A model generated the notes under the pieces. It had not been told where the DNA came from and did no database searches. It saw nothing but the letters and a program-made list of their open reading frames with translations. The translations under genes and the position numbers were made by a program. Positions 58,898 through 64,000 of a stretch of 64,000 nt of DNA are shown piece after piece. The stretch comes from Tubulanus polymorphus. Taxonomy: Eukaryota > Animalia > Nemertea. The stretch's first letter is position 1; each line of letters begins with the position of its first letter. Location: positions 15,012,655-15,076,654 of the forward strand of contig NC_134033.1 in the NCBI RefSeq assembly GCF_964204645.1. Reading direction: 5' to 3'.

Positions 58898-60194
58898 TTT
58901 ATTATCAGGTAGTGCTGCTGTGTTTGGGAGGCTGAGAAGTGCACGAATTAGCAAAATATTAACATCGTTTGATTCAAGGAAATTCTAATAGATGGCGATC
59001 GTGTCTAGGCCTACAATGTTTTATCCCCAAACATTTGCATGATTGCCTGGAAAGTGTCTGCGATTATTTAATGGACACGAATCAGTGTCTACATGCGCTG
59101 CCAAAATTATGCAAAAGTATTATTCAGCAGTCTTGGGCCCACCCCTTCAGAAATTCAACTATTCCAGACAATAGTGATAGACTGGTTACCGGTCTCTATC
59201 TTCCAAATTGAATGGGACAGGCAACCAGTCTAAACGAGTGACGGGTCAGGAGAAATTCCAATAGATGGCGGTCGTGTCTACATAGATTCACCCACACACA
59301 TTTGCATAATTGCATAAATCATCTTTGTCTTTATTACAGATTCAGCTTTGTTTCCATTATGAAATAAATACGGCGGCTTTGAGGGATGACTGACGTCCGT
59401 TGCTTGGAATGTCCGCGCCTTGAAACCATTCTCCCGACATAGACGAAAAATGAAGTTCTTTTTTTCAATTGGATGTTTAGTATCGATATTTTTTATTTCC
59501 GTTAAGAAATGCATGACATGATGATATTTATAAATAATAATATTAATAATAATAATCATCACCATATAATGTTTTTCATCATTATACATTTCAAATGTTA
59601 TTTTCATTCATAGAGATATTTCTATCTAGTTACAGATGACTCTCCATCACATGTACATGATACGTACAGAAAAAAAAAAAAATAGAAATCTTTCAACGAA
59701 TTCATAACAGTTTTCGAAGAATTCAAACTACAAAATTTACACTAAATACGACTTTTAAATAATTATAATGATATGTCCACTTCAGTAAACTATAGTTACC
59801 TACGATGTCGCTACGATTGTTTGCAGTTGCTACGACGACGGTCGTCGTCTTTTCTAAAAAGACGATTCAGTTTTAAAACGGCACCAAAACAATCTCTAAA
59901 GCGACCGTAGCTAAACGCAACAATCGAAACAGTTAACGACCTAGTCCTACCATTCAATAATCAATATTTATAACGTACGTAGTTTTTTAACTAAAATATA
60001 ATATAATCAGTTACGATAATCGAGGCGTTTATAAAATTCATTTCACATGCATTTCTTATCGTTCAATTCCATTTAGAACCACGAAATCCACCATCAGTTT
60101 CAGATAGATTTTTTATATTTACAGTTTCCTACGGTCAACTTAGTAATTAAATGAATAAATAAACAATAAGCTCTGCCTTATTCAGTAGCGTTTG

Positions 60195-60430
60195 GACTGC
60201 TGTAAATATTTCACCGAGTTGAGAATCAGGGAACTAGGTAGCGTTGGGACTGGTGTAAATATTTCACCGAGTTGAGAATTAGGGAACTTGCTAGTGTTTA
60301 GACTGGTGTAAATATTTCACCGAGTTGAAAATAAAGGAATTCGGTAGCAGACTGCAGTAAACATATTTCACCGAGTTGAAAATAAAGGAATTCGGTAGCA
60401 GACTGCAGTAAACATATTTCACCGAGTTGA
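60195..60430. repeat. ~50-bp tandem repeat (ATATTTCACCGAGTTGA core), 5 copies
   Basis: Direct inspection. Confidence 0.85.
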
Positions 60431-61549
60431 CCAGATACAGAGTTGAGAATCGAGAAAATAGATCCTGTTCTAAGAAGGTTTTTCCACACAAAGAGTTGAT
60501 CGACACCGAGTAAGACAGAGCCTACTGCCGATTTAGTATATAATGATTTTACAAATCCAGAATTCTCACAAAATTCCACCCAACAAATTGATCTGAATTA
60601 AGTGGATTTTACTGCATTAAAAATAATAATAGTAATAATAATAATTTACTGTCAAACACGATGCATCGCAGAAAACAATACGAATAATTAAAATAATAAA
60701 TCGGACGAAATGATCGTTACATTAATTAATTGATTATCATAATTAGTTATATGTACAATGTGTGTGTGTTTGTGAGCGTATGATATAATAAGAGTTACCG
60801 ATAAAAATATGAATCATGATACAAACTGACAGTGAATTGATTTGACCATGTTTTTCACGAGAATCACGGCTAAAAATACCCGTTTAACTCAACGGCATAC
60901 AGCGATCATAATATCTATAATGGGGATCCGCAATTTTGGCAATCCCACCAGATGGCGTGACTAGTACTCAGTCGCGCGTAGCCAAATAAATTTGTTATCG
61001 ATCGGAGAACCTCGAACACAATTTTTTGGCCCCCGAATCCGAAACCACGAAATATACATTAAACTCATTTTCTACACAGTGATCGGTATAGTTTTCATTA
61101 ACGATTGACTTAATAGAGAAAAGTTTTCATTGAAATGTAGAAGAAATTGCATGTGGAATACTGAGTGACTACTAGCGACACCTGGCAGATCAATACCCGC
61201 CATAAGCGGACTCATCGATTGCCGCATTTGCATCCAGGGTTTCCCATTGAAAGATGAGGAAAAATTGGTGGGCAATATTTCTTAAACGCTGCTGCTAACT
61301 TCTCGAATAAGGTTAAAATCAATCTGATGAATTAAAGGTTGAACCATTAAATATTTTCTAGATGTTTCTATTGTCTACAGCTGCAGTCTCTCTTAACGCG
61401 CACGCGATTTACTCCTTTAAAAGGAGGAACAAAATAGAACTTCGGAAAAAAAAAATAAACGAAACACGGCAACCAACAAAACATAACAATACTGGACGCA
61501 ATTTTCATTATAACACATGTAACGCAATCACAGAATCGCGTTTAGAGAG

Positions 61550-62045
61550 AATGGAGCTGTATGATCAGACCACTGGAGCTGTATGATCAGCCCATTGGAG
61601 CTGTATGATCAGCCCACTGGAGTGGTATGATCTTGGGCTGTATGATCAGACCATTGGAGCTGTATGATGAGCCCAAATGAGCTGAATGATCAGCCCGTAG
61701 TTGTTGTATGATCAGCCCACTGGAGTGGTACGATCTTGGGCTGTATGATCAGACCATTGGAGCTGTATGATCAGACCACTGGAGCTGTATGATGAGCTGA
61801 ATGATCAGCCAGTAGTAGTTGTATGATCAGCCCACTGGAGTGGTACGATCTTGGGCTGTATGATTAGCTCAAAGAGGCTGTATGATCAGACCACTGGAGC
61901 TGTATGATGAGCCCAAATGAGCTGAATGATCAGCCAGTAGTAGTTGTATGATCAGCCCACTGGAGTGGTACGATCTTGGGCTGTATGATTAGCTCAAAGA
62001 GGCTGTATGATCAGACCACTGGAGCTCTGTGATCAGCTCAAAGGA
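61550..62045. repeat. 22-bp minisatellite (CTGTATGATCAGACCACTGGAG) with higher-order variants, in the probable DLG1 3' UTR
   Basis: Direct inspection. Confidence 0.9.
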
Positions 62046-62485
62046 GTTGTAAGATAAACCCAGCCTTCATTACTGTAGAAATGGACTGAAGAACTAGTCA
62101 GGATTCGTTTCCGCAATTGTTGGTCAAGTTCGATTCTCAAGTCAAAATTAGTTCGTTTTCAATGTTTGAACTGTAGAGTCGAGTACGATACGCACCGAAT
62201 AGCACCGAGTAAATAAACGGAACTGAGAGAAAGAGATAAATAAATAGGGGACACAGGGCAAAATACGCAATTGTGATTCTTGATACATTATTGCACAATA
62301 TTGAAGGCCCTTGAACATGATCTATACCGCGAATTAACGAAAATAACCTTAATTCACTTGATCAACCAATCAGCGATCGGCTTACATTTTCATCCAGCCA
62401 ATCAGAAGCTAGCTTTCATTCTCATTTTTACCATAAATTAAAATTTGTATGCACAATATTTATAATAGATTCATATATCTATATC

Positions 62486-62522
<37 letters not shown>

Positions 62523-63100
62523 CCTAACCCTCTTATTTTCAAGTTAAATATTCGAAATTAAAATACCATACGTTAAAATCATCAGTTCTCATATTATAGT
62601 ACTGTAACGTATATATATATATTCATATAAACATTGTTGACGTCGCCACGACAACCATAAATACATTTGATGAAAGCGATAGTTGTCATAGTAACAGTAA
62701 CCGAGCAAGCATCGCGATGCATTGTTCCTAATCGGCGGTGGCTATTTTTTTTTTTTCATAAACTGCGCGTTCGTATAATCCGTATAAACGTAAAAAATTA
62801 AAGTTTCCATAGCGATTAATAATCCAACAATGTGTGTGACACGACGCAACTTAATCCGATAGTCGTACGTTTCGAGTTTTAAGCGCTAAACTCGTTTCGA
62901 GTTTTATTTCCCGTTGTTTTCGCGCTTCGCGTCGAACTCGCGTTTCGTTCTTCTCGTTTCCGCGATACACGTAGTTCACAGCTTCGCCACTAGATGTCGT
63001 CGGTTATGATACGGTTAGTCGCGTTCTCATCGTAGACGCGAGTGTGTGTAGTGATTAAACTAGCCACCAGAGGGATTTATCAGTCAATCAGCAGATGAGT

Positions 63101-63711
63101 TTAGAGTTTCTCTTTCGCCGGAACCCAGATAGTTGGACCTGACTGATCCCGAATAACCTCTTTACATTTTGCATAGATCTCATCGGCGGTGTCACCCTGT
63201 ACGACAGCTACAAATATACAACGAATACAATTACAGTCAGTGGTTATTCAGTTAAAGAAATAGTATTTACAAATACCCCGAGTTTTCTGTATCGTTAATA
63301 ACTAATTCCCCGAGTATAACAGGTTATAAGACGAAATTCCCCAAGTGCAGCCGGAGACTGGAGAAATTATTGGGCAGGTGAGTGGAGAAATTCCTTGGTT
63401 CAAAACATTACAACCTATTCATTCTTCATGCATGATGAATTGATAAAGAAACGCGTGATCAATAGCATGATCTGAATTCCCTGAGTTTTCCAGGTTTTTG
63501 CCAAAATTTGTTAAAAACCCTCAGTTTTTCCTGATTTTTTCTCATTGCCAATTTTCCGATACAGAGGTCACCATGAATGGTAACCCGAGTTTGTTGTCAT
63601 GTGAACTATAGCCACTTACCAGTGAAGTACTCCCCAAACTCTTGTTCTAGTTTCAGAGCTCTTTCGTAAGTTTTCTTCGCTTGGTCATCGGTAGCACGTT
63701 TGTTGATTTCC
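63101..63711 (-). CDS. DLG1: Discs large MAGUK, last two exons (guanylate-kinase domain C-terminus); partial gene
   Basis: Exons 63711-63620 ([30 protein letters not shown]) and 63207-63101 ([35 protein letters not shown]), matching the DLG C-terminus IWVPAKEKL. Confidence 0.93.
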
Positions 63712-64000
63712 CTAAAATTCGAGAAACATAAATAAGTGAGTAATTCAACACGAGTACCGGTAATTGAGTACAAGCGAATGAGTACCGATGAATGAGTAAA
63801 TGAAAGTCTAGTAGTACTCACATGATGGATTCAACTGATTTCGGTTTGATGAATATAGCAATAGGATACATTCCTGCCACCTGGAGGCGTTTGATGGCAT
63901 TACCGCTCACATCTAATATACAATGTTTGCCCTGAAAATAACGATCAAACAATAATTAGAGAACAGAGTTTAATGCGAATAGAAATGAGGGGAAGTTTTA

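Overview
Intron-rich, AT-rich, repeat-dense animal DNA, most likely from a marine invertebrate; the taxon cannot be fixed from this window. Spliced genes rebuilt by hand: LRRC63-like (-, 9412-15518), SPCS2 (-, 16659-20745, with a U12-type intron), DKC1/dyskerin (-, 22327-29988), ECT2 (+, 37186-50592) and the last two exons of DLG1 (-, 63101-63711). Two things stand out. (1) Between ECT2 and DLG1 lie two paralogous three-exon genes (-, 52428-52796 and 55784-56144) that the ORF track misses or captures only in part. Each encodes signal peptide + short acidic propeptide + KR + a cationic 6-Cys peptide of 40 or 34 aa. These resemble sea-anemone beta-defensin-fold toxins (BDS/APETx/ATX) but have an altered CxC..CC..CC framework. 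(2) DKC1 introns hold six complete and one truncated box C/D snoRNAs of the SNORD59/snR54 type, four of them in one intron. The rest is probable long UTRs, minisatellites, a 2.2-kb 36-bp satellite, several MITE families (piggyBac-, Merlin-, Harbinger-like), LINE remnants and a possible spliced lncRNA. All identifications rest on manual reading and recalled reference sequences; no searches were run.
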